Source: Candidatus Latescibacterota bacterium | GTDB lineage: Bacteria > Latescibacterota > UBA2968 > GCA-2709665 | Assembly: GCA_965248435.1 (NCBI GenBank) | Contig: OZ252100.1 | Coordinates: forward strand, 4,032,001-4,096,000 | DNA: 64,000 nucleotides | Direction: 5' to 3' | In this document: positions 26,944 through 36,114 of the stretch, in pieces | Layout: every line of letters begins with the position of its first letter | Position numbering within the stretch: the first letter of the stretch is position 1 | Made by a program: the position numbers and the translations under genes | The notes under the pieces: generated by a model | What the model was told of the DNA's origin: nothing | What the model saw: the letters and a program-made list of their open reading frames with translations, nothing else | Databases searched by the model: none

Positions 26944-29900
26944 TTAAGCCATGGATCGCGAAAAGGCAGCGGAGGTGATGCGGCGAAGGGCGATCCGGAG
27001 ATCATCGACGTAGGTGTAGAACAGGGGTACGACGAACAGGGTGAAGCAGGCCGAGGTGAAGAGCCCGCCTATCATGGCCCTTCCCATGGGTGAATATGGG
27101 ATTCCGATCATCGTGCTCGCGCCGATGGCCATGGGCATCAGCCCGAAGATGGTCGTGAAGGTGGTCATGAGGATGGGGCGGAATCGGTTCGCGGCCGCTT
27201 CCATGAGCGCTTCGTCCCGGCCCAACCCGTCGGCACGGAGGCGATTGACCCTGTCCACGAGCACGATGGCGTTGTTGACGACGACCCCGATGAGCATGAT
27301 CAGACCGATCTGAGCCATGATGTCCATCGCGGTGTTGGTGAGGTAGAGGGTCCAGTAGACACCCAGGAAGGCGAAGGGGATGGAGAAGATGACGACGAAG
27401 GGCAGGAGAAGGGATTCGAACAACACGCCCATCAGGAGGAAGACACAGGTGATGGCCATGAACGATGCAAAGCTCATGGTGTTCTGAGATTCGATGAACT
27501 TCGAGTAGCGCTCTCCCTTGTCCCATTGGTAGCCGCGCTGCATCTTGAACCCTTCCATCGCCTGGTCTATTTCTTCGTAGAGTCCTTCCAGGTCTTCCTT
27601 TGTCGTAAAGACCCTCAGACGGTAACGCATCTTTCCGTTATCCCGGAAAATGCCTCCGGTTCCCTTGGCTACGTTGAACGAGGCGAAGGCCGACAAGGGC
27701 ACCGCTTCGCCCGTTCTAGATGGAAAGGTAAAGTTCCTGAGCTGCTTGAGCGTCTGCCTGTCCGCACTGTTCAAGTAGAGTCGGACTTCGAGCTCCCGTT
27801 CTCCGGATTGGAAGCGCGGGAGGCTGATTCCTCCGAGTTGGTAGAAGAGGCTGCGCCCGACCAGGCGTGATGAGATTCCATATTTTTCGATTCGTTCTCG
27901 GTCGATCCGAACCTGAATCTCACGATCAGCGCGCTCCTTGTCGTCATCGACGTTGATGACAGACGGGATTTCTCGCAGGCGCCGGAGCGCATCGTCTGCA
28001 TACTTGCGGAGCACCTCGAGATCCTCCCCGTACAGGAAGACTGATGTCTGGGGCGCCTTGGAACTCTCCCTGGATTTGATCGCCACATCGAACCCCACGA
28101 GGCGGGGGATGTTTTTCTCCAGATCTTCCATCACGGCATCGCGATCCATTCCTTTGTCCACCGGGGAGCCCACGGCATTTCGAATCCCCCGGTAGACCTG
28201 ATACCACCACTGCGTATTCGGATTCTCCTTAAGAAAGATCTGAAAGTCGATGTTTCCGGGCCTCGAATAGGTGTTCCGGATCGTCCGAATATTGTAGATC
28301 TCGCGGTGCGATTCGAGGAAGTCCTCTATCTTGACCGCCAGATCCCCCAACTCTCTCAACGAGAAGAAGGGTGGCCCGTTGTAAGCGATCCTCACATCGT
28401 TCAGGTTTCCGCGCCTGTCGTCCGTTTTCTTCATGTTTTCGAACGGGTAGAGGGTTGTTGCAAAAATCGCGAGCGCGATGAGGAGGGTATCCCTCTTGTG
28501 ATGAAGGGTCCAGCTCAGGGTCTGAGCGTATCGCTTCCGGATCCAGCCGATGGCTTTGGGCTCGGCTTTGACCCCGCTGTCTCCGAACCGCTCTGCGGCC
28601 AGAGGAATGAAGATCAAGGCAACGAACAGCGAGCCGAGCAGGGCGATCACAACCGGGATTCCGATTCTGGCGAGGTAGAACGAGAGGTCCACGTCGCCGC
28701 TCATCACGATGAGGGGCAGGAAGACGACGATGGTTGTCAGAGTGGCCATGGTGATGGCCAGACCGACTTCGCTCGCCCCGTAGATCGAGGCGCGCCGTGG
28801 CGATTCCCCATTCGCGCGCAGCCGATAGATGTTCTCGACGATCACGATAGCGTTGTCCACGACCATCCCTATGGCCACCATCAATCCCATCATGGTCATC
28901 AGGTTCAGGGTCCATCCGATGAAGTAGAGCACCGTGATCGAAATCATGATACAGAGCGGGATGGCGAGCGTGATGAGCGCGGTCATCCGAACGGCCCGAA
29001 GAAAAAAGAACAGGACCAGCGCAGCAAAAAGGCCACCCCAGAGCCCTGTTTCCTGAAGGCTCTCCATAGATTCGCGAATGAGCTTGCCTTGATCGAAAAA
29101 GGCGTCGAAACGGAAACCGGTGTCGCCCTCGATCCGCTGAAGCTCGGCGTGGATGCGGTTACGAATCTCCACGATGTTGGCGTCGGACTCCCGGAGGATG
29201 CCGAGCGAAACTGCCCGGCGGCCGTCTATGCGCTGGCGCCAGGCCCGTGCCGGGAAACCGAGTTCTATATCGGCGACGTCCTTGAGCCTTACGTCTCCGT
29301 TTTGCGTAGAGACCGGGACCTTTTCCACCTCCCGGAGGCTTCGATAGCGCGCCACAGATCTGACGTAAAACCGTTTTTGCCCCTCTTCCAGGAATCCTCC
29401 GCCCAGAGAGAAGTTGTCCCCCTCGAGCCCCTGGACCAACTCGTAGGCGCTGACCCCGAGCGACTGAAGCCGCTCCTGGTCGATGACGATGAAGACTTCC
29501 TTTGGCTCGGAGCCCCATATCCTGACCCTGGCGACACCCTCGATCCGCTCGAGCGGTCGCATCACGTGCGTTTCCAACGTGTAATGCGGGTCTTCCAGGT
29601 CGGACGGTACGGAGACGCCGACCCAGAGGATTTCGTCGTCTAACTCCGGGTTGTATTTCCAGATTCGGACGTTGTCTCTGACCTCTTCAGGAAGCTCCAG
29701 CTTGGCGCGTTCCACCCTGTCGGCGACCTGGTTGTAGGCGAGTGAAAGGTCGGCATCCCGGCGGAAGTCCAGACGGATCCAGGACCCCCACCGGACGTTG
29801 TTGTGGGTCCGGATCCTCTTCAGGCCCTTAACGGTCCGAAGGCGCGCCTCCAGGGGCCGGCAGATCTGCTGATCCCGCTCCCGCGGAGAGGAATTAGGTT

Positions 29901-30069
29901 CTTGCACGCCAACCCAAAAGGACCTGAACTCTCTGCCTGAAGGGAGGGCCTGTACGCCAAGACGTGTGTAGGCGATCGTTCCGACCGCGAGCAGGGCCAC
30001 CAGGCACATGGTGACGGTGACCGGGCGGTTCACGGAGATACGGGCCAGAAGGTTAGTTTTATCGCTCAT
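26944..30069 (-). CDS. RND efflux transporter permease (AcrB/MdtC-like)
   Basis: 1041 aa; RPV N-terminus, GMVVDNAIV, GVVVNNAIV, RFRPILMTT. Confidence 0.95.
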   Translation of the reverse strand: MSDKTNLLARISVNRPVTVTMCLVALLAVGTIAYTRLGVQALPSGREFRSFWVGVQEPNSSPRERDQQICRPLEARLRTVKGLKRIRTHNNVRWGSWIRLDFRRDADLSLAYNQVADRVERAKLELPEEVRDNVRIWKYNPELDDEILWVGVSVPSDLEDPHYTLETHVMRPLERIEGVARVRIWGSEPKEVFIVIDQERLQSLGVSAYELVQGLEGDNFSLGGGFLEEGQKRFYVRSVARYRSLREVEKVPVSTQNGDVRLKDVADIELGFPARAWRQRIDGRRAVSLGILRESDANIVEIRNRIHAELQRIEGDTGFRFDAFFDQGKLIRESMESLQETGLWGGLFAALVLFFFLRAVRMTALITLAIPLCIMISITVLYFIGWTLNLMTMMGLMVAIGMVVDNAIVIVENIYRLRANGESPRRASIYGASEVGLAITMATLTTIVVFLPLIVMSGDVDLSFYLARIGIPVVIALLGSLFVALIFIPLAAERFGDSGVKAEPKAIGWIRKRYAQTLSWTLHHKRDTLLIALAIFATTLYPFENMKKTDDRRGNLNDVRIAYNGPPFFSLRELGDLAVKIEDFLESHREIYNIRTIRNTYSRPGNIDFQIFLKENPNTQWWYQVYRGIRNAVGSPVDKGMDRDAVMEDLEKNIPRLVGFDVAIKSRESSKAPQTSVFLYGEDLEVLRKYADDALRRLREIPSVINVDDDKERADREIQVRIDRERIEKYGISSRLVGRSLFYQLGGISLPRFQSGERELEVRLYLNSADRQTLKQLRNFTFPSRTGEAVPLSAFASFNVAKGTGGIFRDNGKMRYRLRVFTTKEDLEGLYEEIDQAMEGFKMQRGYQWDKGERYSKFIESQNTMSFASFMAITCVFLLMGVLFESLLLPFVVIFSIPFAFLGVYWTLYLTNTAMDIMAQIGLIMLIGVVVNNAIVLVDRVNRLRADGLGRDEALMEAAANRFRPILMTTFTTIFGLMPMAIGASTMIGIPYSPMGRAMIGGLFTSACFTLFVVPLFYTYVDDLRIALRRITSAAFSRSMA

Positions 30070-30154
30070 TCAGTCTTTACGTTCTTGATGTGGGGCTGCG
30101 CTCGTTGTCGACCCATCACCTTTCTGAAAATCATTGCTAAAAGATACTCAAAAT

Positions 30155-30720
30155 ATTGCGGATTGGGGATTGCGGAATGAAAGGCGGGACCGGTAGATCA
30201 CGAAAGGTACTAAGGTGCACGAAAAGGAACGGAGGCTGGATCACGGAGGCCAGGCGGAGAATCGGCAAATCCACGGAGAAAGTCGAGCGAGGTGGTGAAG
30301 ACGAGATACGGCGCTGGACGGGGAAGGAGGTTGCGGGGCGCGGAGGGCACGGAATGTATAAACAAAGCGAGAGGTTCCCCCTTTGAAAAAGGGGGGTAGG
30401 GGGGATTTGAATTTCGCGAAGAGCACGTGGCCAGCGAATCAGGTTTGCTGGATCGAGGATCTAAAAACGCGTAGGGGCACGGGCTGTCCCCTGCGGAAAC
30501 GCATCCCGCAACAAGATTGCAGTAGGCCTGCCCCGGGCTTGACCCGGGGGGCAACCCTCCGTGGTTGCCCGTCTCACGCGCGGGAATGAATTCCCGCGCT
30601 GGGAACAAAAAAAAGTCCGCCTGCGGCGGACTCGGGAGATGTCAGCGCTTGTGTGGGGTGGACATTCCCACAGGGCCTTCGTGTTTTCTATGCGGGCAGG
30701 CACGGGGGCCTGCCCCTACG
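30155..30720. repeat. Intergenic mosaic of heptamers and REP-like palindromes
   Basis: ATTGCGG heptamers, CCCCCTTT/AAAGGGGG hairpin, GTAGGGGC...GCCCCTAC, GCGCGGGAAT/ATTCCCGCGC, AGTCCGCC/GGCGGACT. Confidence 0.7.
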
Positions 30721-30741
30721 GTTAGGGATAGGGCGACAGAT

Positions 30742-31638
30742 TTACTTCGCGACGGTTACACGCTCAAGACCCAGTGCCGCGAGGCGCTCAGCCAGCTCGC
30801 GTTTCCTTTCGGGCGGCAGCGCGTAGATCGGGGGACGCGGGTCGCCGCAGTCGATGCCGAGACGTTCGCTGAGGACGGCCTTGGTCCCGGCCTGGGTTTC
30901 GTATTCGCGGACGAGGAGGGCGAATTCGATGGCCCTGTCCTGGGCCGCTTCGGCGCGCGCCAGGTCTCCTTCATTGTAGGCGTTCAGGATCTCGATCCAG
31001 AGTTCAGGGGCGGCATTGGGCGGTCCGTCCACGCAGCCTGTGGCCCCGAGCGTGAGGGCGGGGAGCAGGAGAGAACTGTTCCCGATCAGACAGGAGAGGC
31101 CCATCTTGGTGTAGTCCCGCACGTAGGACATCAACGGCGCCGAGTGCTTCAGGCCGACGAGCTGAGGGACGCGGTCCTGGATCTTCTTCATCAAGTCGGG
31201 GACGATCTCGATCTGGGTGAACTGCGGCAGGTTGTAGACGAGGAAGGGCAGGTCGGCCGCAGCCGCGACCGCGCGATAGTGCTCCACGACCGCATCATCG
31301 CCGTGTCGGTAGAGGAAGGGGGGAAGGCAGCAGATGGCCTCCACGCCGGCCCTCGCGGCGTTTTCGGCCATAGCGGCCGCGCCGGGCGTGGACGCCGCGC
31401 CGACGTGCATGATGTTCGTGACCCTTCCTTTGGACTGATCGGCGGCGATCTCCGCGATTCTCCCGTTCTCTTCGTCTGTCAGAAGGATGCTCTCTCCGGT
31501 ACCGCCGGCGATCCAGAAGCCGTGCACCCCGGCCTGGATGTTGAACTCCATCACTTCCCGGAACGCGGATTCATTCAGGCTCCCGTCTGCCGTCATCGGG
31601 GTGACGATTGCCGGAAACAGGCCTCGGAACTCTGCCAT
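30742..31638 (-). CDS. Dihydrodipicolinate synthase / N-acetylneuraminate lyase family protein (copy 2)
   Basis: GGTGE, YNLP, Schiff-base Lys in GLKHS. Confidence 0.9.
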   Translation of the reverse strand: MAEFRGLFPAIVTPMTADGSLNESAFREVMEFNIQAGVHGFWIAGGTGESILLTDEENGRIAEIAADQSKGRVTNIMHVGAASTPGAAAMAENAARAGVEAICCLPPFLYRHGDDAVVEHYRAVAAAADLPFLVYNLPQFTQIEIVPDLMKKIQDRVPQLVGLKHSAPLMSYVRDYTKMGLSCLIGNSSLLLPALTLGATGCVDGPPNAAPELWIEILNAYNEGDLARAEAAQDRAIEFALLVREYETQAGTKAVLSERLGIDCGDPRPPIYALPPERKRELAERLAALGLERVTVAK

Positions 31639-31676
31639 GCATTGCCTCGCTTTCTCGTGGTAAGAAAGTCGTCAGA

Positions 31677-32516
31677 TTATTCTTCTTCGAGCAGCCTTTG
31701 GAGCGTTCCACCAAAGATGTTGTTCAGGTCTGACTGCGATAGGTTGAGCTCTTTCGAGAGGCAGAGTTCGCGCTCGAACATTTCCTCGGTCTGAGGCTCG
31801 CGGTTGGGAAAGTCGGTCCCGAAGATGAGCTTGTCCTTCAAGAGGGGGCGAGATCCGTTCAGGAAGGTCCCCGCGCATTTCGTGGTGAGCGCGTGGTTGA
31901 GCATACCCGCGGGATGGCTGGAGAAAGAGGTAAGTCCGGCAAAGACCTTCGGGTTGTTTTTCACGACGGCCACCGCTTCGTGTACGAAGTCGAATCCCCC
32001 GAGGTGTTCGACGATGATCTTCAGTCCGGGGTGATTCATGGCGACTTCGTCGATGAGCAGCGGATTGTAGAATCGCAGGGGCCACGGCGTGGATACGTGG
32101 GCCCCGGTGTGAATGAGGATCGTGAGGCCCAGGTCTTCACAAGTCGAGTAGAATGGCTCGTTCTTCGGATCGTTGATGGGGGTCTCGAAGACAGGGGGAT
32201 GATACTTCACGCCCACGAACCCCTTTGCAGCGAATTCCTTCGCAAGGGAGGCCGCGTCGGGATGTTTGGGATCCGCGGTGATGAACGGGACCAACTGATC
32301 GTAGTCTTTCAGTTTGTCGCTAAGCCAGTCGTTCAACGCCCAGCAGTCCGATGCTGACATGGCGTGGTAATCGTAGAGGGGAAACACGACGGCGCGTTCC
32401 ACACCGATCCGGTCCAGGACCTCCACGAACCTTTCGACGGTGGAGAACATGGGTTCGCCGCGTCGGATGCCCCAGGCACTGTCTACCGGCGCGACGTGGT
32501 TATGATTGATGAACAT
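31677..32516 (-). CDS. Amidohydrolase_2 family metal-dependent hydrolase
   Basis: NHNH, GVKYHP, IHTG, EHLG, FGTDFP. Confidence 0.85.
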   Translation of the reverse strand: MFINHNHVAPVDSAWGIRRGEPMFSTVERFVEVLDRIGVERAVVFPLYDYHAMSASDCWALNDWLSDKLKDYDQLVPFITADPKHPDAASLAKEFAAKGFVGVKYHPPVFETPINDPKNEPFYSTCEDLGLTILIHTGAHVSTPWPLRFYNPLLIDEVAMNHPGLKIIVEHLGGFDFVHEAVAVVKNNPKVFAGLTSFSSHPAGMLNHALTTKCAGTFLNGSRPLLKDKLIFGTDFPNREPQTEEMFERELCLSKELNLSQSDLNNIFGGTLQRLLEEE

Positions 32517-32557
32517 CCCACTTTCCTTCCTCGCGGCGTTACGGGAATCCTGGGGCG

Positions 32558-33460
32558 CTACTTTTGACCGCCCGAAACAGGCGGAAGACCGAAAGCCTCG
32601 AGACGTTCGGAGAGCTCGCGTTTCCGGTCCGGTGAAAACGCGTAGAGGGGAGGTCGAGGGTCGCCGCAGTCGATACCGAGCCTTTCGCTGAGGAAATGCT
32701 TGGTTCCGGCGAAGGTTTCGTAATCGTGGATGAGGCCGACGAATTGCGACGCCCTGTCCTGAGCGGCCTCAGCCCCTTTCAGGTCTCCTTCGTTGTAGGC
32801 GTTCCAGATTTCGATCCAGAGCTCGGGTGCGGCAGCCGGCAGGCCGTCCACGCAGCCCGTCGCCCCGATCGTGAGGGCGGGGAGCATCATGAAGCAGTTT
32901 CCGATCAGACATGAGAGCCCCATCTTCGTGAAGTCTCGCACGTAATGGACCACCGGGGCGGAATGCTTCAGGCCGACGAGCTGTGGGACGCGATCCTGAA
33001 TCACCTTCATGAAATCGGGGGTGATCTCCACCTGGGTGAATTGCGGTAGGTTGTAGACGAGAAAGGGCAAGTCGGCCGCTGCGGCGACGGCACGGTAGTG
33101 CTCCACGACGGCCTTGTCGCGGTGCAGGTAGAGAAACGGCGGCATACAGCAGATGGCGTCCACTCCGGCCTTCGCGGCGTTTTCGGCCAGCGCGGCGGCA
33201 CGGGGCGTGGAGGCGGCGCCGACGTGCATGATGTTCGTGATCCTTCCCGCGGCCTGATCGGCGGCGATCTCGGCGAGCCTGGTGTTCTCCTCGTCGGTGA
33301 GGAGGATGCTCTCGCCGGTGCCGCCGGCGATCCAGAAGCCGTGCACACCGGCCTGGATGTTGAACTCCATCACTTCCCGAAATGCGGTTTCATTCAGACT
33401 GCCGTCCCCGCGGGCCATGGGTGTGGGGATCGCGGGAAACAGGCCTCGAAACTCTGTCAT
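32558..33460 (-). CDS. Dihydrodipicolinate synthase / N-acetylneuraminate lyase family protein (copy 1)
   Basis: Same motifs; close paralogue of 30742-31638. Confidence 0.9.
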   Translation of the reverse strand: MTEFRGLFPAIPTPMARGDGSLNETAFREVMEFNIQAGVHGFWIAGGTGESILLTDEENTRLAEIAADQAAGRITNIMHVGAASTPRAAALAENAAKAGVDAICCMPPFLYLHRDKAVVEHYRAVAAAADLPFLVYNLPQFTQVEITPDFMKVIQDRVPQLVGLKHSAPVVHYVRDFTKMGLSCLIGNCFMMLPALTIGATGCVDGLPAAAPELWIEIWNAYNEGDLKGAEAAQDRASQFVGLIHDYETFAGTKHFLSERLGIDCGDPRPPLYAFSPDRKRELSERLEAFGLPPVSGGQK

Positions 33461-33525
33461 GTGCCTCCCTTTCCGTTCTGGAAATGTTGCTGTGTCTAGT
33501 TCACATCACCGAACCGATAACCCGT

Positions 33526-33690
33526 TTTGTCATCCCGAGTGCAAGCGAGGGATCTCAACAGGAGACATATTACCCCTACGTCATGGAAAGATTCAGCAAA
33601 TTGCGCACTGTTGAGATTCCTCGTCGCCGTGGTCGTTGCCGTTCACCTGGATGCGAGACCAATTGCTTGTTGGCTCCTCGGAATGACAAA
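33526..33690. repeat. ~166-bp palindromic element (MITE/REP-like), copy 1
   Basis: TTTGTCATCCCGAG...GCGAGGGATCTCAACAGG...TGAGATTCCTCGTCGC...GCTCCTCGGAATGACAAA. Confidence 0.85.
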
Positions 33691-33719
33691 TCTCGCCTTT
33701 ACGATACTGATACAAGAGC

Positions 33720-34601
33720 TTATCGGTCAAGTCGTTCCAGGAACTCGTCCAGCCAGTCTTCCTCCCCGAGGTGACGGGCGAAGTCGTTCTGCAAGTCGCG
33801 CTCGTCGTGGGCGTCCGATCCGCCCGTGGAAAAGAGGCCGTGTTTGACGCAGTACTTCCGGTAGCGCCGGGTAAACTCGGGCGGCACTGAACCGTGGGCA
33901 CATTCCAGGCCGTCGGCCTGACAGGTATCGAGATAGGCCTCGATCATCGATTCGTCATCGCCGACGTATCGGTAGGGATGTGCCAGGGCGACCAAAGCCC
34001 CGGACTGTTTCACGGCAGGGATGACGCTGTCAACGGCGGGAAAAGGAGGTGTGCTCACTTTTTCGCCCAGTCTTTCCATCAGAGGAGACAGCTCGTTCGG
34101 ATCGGAAATGAAGCCGCGGTCCGCGAGGAATCGCAGCCAGGCGTCGATCTGGCAGTCGGTGACGCCTTGAATATCGACGACGTTCGCGGGACGGTAGGAA
34201 CGGAGGAGCTCCAGGTAGTCCGCCTCGGTGACATCGAAGCCCAGCGCTTCGAGGCCCTTCCATCTCGCCTCGCCCGTTGCCCGCTGAAATTCCTGGTAGA
34301 TGTCGAGGACGTTTGAAAGAGGCCCTGAATCGTCTTGCTGAAGGCCGAAGCAGAGGAGATCGACGTGCCTCCGGTGGGGTGTGGATACGGTGAACTCTGC
34401 AGCCGGGATCGCTCTCACATCCGGATAGTCGCGACCCGCTTCGTCGATCCGGTCTGCGCCGTCCATGACCATGTGGTCGGTGACGGCGATACACCGCACG
34501 CCCTGTGTCTGGGCGTGCTGAAAGTAGCCCTCGAGGGTGTTGAACGCGTCGTAGCTCCAGCAGGTGTGAAGGTGGAGGTCATACGAGAGGCGCTGGAGCA
34601 T
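33720..34601 (-). CDS. PHP-domain phosphoesterase (YciV/TrpH-like)
   Basis: DLHLHT, TDH, LAHP, GGSDAH. Confidence 0.9.
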   Translation of the reverse strand: MLQRLSYDLHLHTCWSYDAFNTLEGYFQHAQTQGVRCIAVTDHMVMDGADRIDEAGRDYPDVRAIPAAEFTVSTPHRRHVDLLCFGLQQDDSGPLSNVLDIYQEFQRATGEARWKGLEALGFDVTEADYLELLRSYRPANVVDIQGVTDCQIDAWLRFLADRGFISDPNELSPLMERLGEKVSTPPFPAVDSVIPAVKQSGALVALAHPYRYVGDDESMIEAYLDTCQADGLECAHGSVPPEFTRRYRKYCVKHGLFSTGGSDAHDERDLQNDFARHLGEEDWLDEFLERLDR

Positions 34602-34610
34602 CCGACCCGC

Positions 34611-35831
34611 TCATTGCCCGGCGACGAAGGGCGTTCGCTGAAACTTCATCAGGAACTCGACGCCGTCTGAAGTCACGTGGCAGAGGTCGCCCAGGGGGAC
34701 GAACATCGCCCCAGATCCGGGCAGCTCGAAGGTGGCGTGGACCACGAAAGTCATCCCGGCCTCGAGCGGCTGATCGTTGTCCGGGCTTAACCTGGGAACC
34801 TCGGCGTAGTCCATCCCCATGCCGTGACCGACACGGCCACCCTGTATCGGGAGCCCGCGTTTGTCCCCGGCCTGGCTGATGGCCTGTCCGATCTTGCCGA
34901 CCGGGACGCCCGGCTTGATGGCCGCGAGGCCCTCGTCCTGGGCTTCTCTCGCTATCGTGCAGAGTTTCTCGAGCTCAGGCACCTCTTTCTTCATGTATCC
35001 GGTGCGCTGTCCGTGACACCAGTAGCCCTTGTAGAGGACGTAGGAACAGGAGGCCATCAGGTCGCCCTCTTCCAGCACACGAAGGTGAGGCTTCATGTCC
35101 AGATGGGCATTGGCCCAATCGGGTGGGGGGCCGGAGGCCATCCAGTACATGGCGTGGTCCGCGCCCTCTCTGCGCACCGCGCGCTCCATCTCGGCGAGGA
35201 TCTCGATTCCGGACATTCCGGGCTTCGCGACTTCGAGCATGGTGTTGAATCCGAGGTCGCTCAATTCAGCGGCGCGGCGCATGAGCTGGAGTTCGTTTTC
35301 GCTTTTTACCGAACGGTGTTCGGCGATGATGTCGGGGATCCGTATGAGTCGATCTCCAAGTTCCTGTTGGAGTGCCTCGAAGAGTGGAACGGGCATGTTG
35401 TTCACGCCGACGATGCCGATCCCTCCGGAGTCGATCCCGTTCTCCTCGAGGACGGCGAGGGTCCCCGCCGCGAAGCTGGGAGGGCCACTGTCCTTACCGC
35501 CAGTGGGGGCCACTGCGTTTGGATCGACGGCCTTGGCGAGTCTGATGTCATCGATCCTGTTCGGGCCGAGCATCTGTTCGAGCATGAACGGCATTCCGGC
35601 GAGCAGGACGACGGGGTGGCCGGTTGCGGGGACGACGACGGCGGTTTCTACGAGGCGGTCGTAGTTGTCGAAACCGGACAGGTAGCCGACGTGCCCGATC
35701 TGGCTCCATTTGTGCTCGGGGGGCTGGGAATAGGCGAAGAGTGCTGCGAGGCCCTCATCCTTCAGGTAGGCCTGGACCCGGGCCCAGCGGCCCTGGAACT
35801 CCTCTAAGGAACAGCGTTCGTGGTCTTGCAT
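34611..35831 (-). CDS. M24 (Xaa-Pro peptidase / creatinase) family protein
   Basis: R-x-VKSENE, PGMS-x2-E, GY-x5-RT, GHGMG, LEAGMTF. Confidence 0.85.
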   Translation of the reverse strand: MQDHERCSLEEFQGRWARVQAYLKDEGLAALFAYSQPPEHKWSQIGHVGYLSGFDNYDRLVETAVVVPATGHPVVLLAGMPFMLEQMLGPNRIDDIRLAKAVDPNAVAPTGGKDSGPPSFAAGTLAVLEENGIDSGGIGIVGVNNMPVPLFEALQQELGDRLIRIPDIIAEHRSVKSENELQLMRRAAELSDLGFNTMLEVAKPGMSGIEILAEMERAVRREGADHAMYWMASGPPPDWANAHLDMKPHLRVLEEGDLMASCSYVLYKGYWCHGQRTGYMKKEVPELEKLCTIAREAQDEGLAAIKPGVPVGKIGQAISQAGDKRGLPIQGGRVGHGMGMDYAEVPRLSPDNDQPLEAGMTFVVHATFELPGSGAMFVPLGDLCHVTSDGVEFLMKFQRTPFVAGQ

Positions 35832-35934
35832 GTGTCACCTCGTCTTCTAGAGTTTGGCTTGCATTTGAAAGGTCAAATTTTCAGTCGCAAAATAGTGAAA
35901 CGGTGGGGATGGGACAAACGGAAATCAGTGGATC

Positions 35935-36098
35935 GGCCCTCACCCTGCCTCGCTTCGCTCGGCATCCCTCTCCCATAAATGGGAGAGGGAAAGCATCGTG
36001 CATATCTACTCCCCTCTCCCACGTGTGGGTGAGAGTAGATGCTGATGACATCGTCACCCAAATCGTGAAACGGGGGAGCGGGGCTGGGGGTGAGGGCC
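35935..36098. repeat. Doublet of CCCTCACCC/CCCTCTCCC palindromic repeats
   Basis: GGCCCTCACCC...CCCTCTCCCAT-AA-ATGGGAGAGGG ... CCCCTCTCCCAC...GGGTGAGGGCC. Confidence 0.85.
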
Positions 36099-36114
36099 TT
36101 AAATCAGACTAGAC

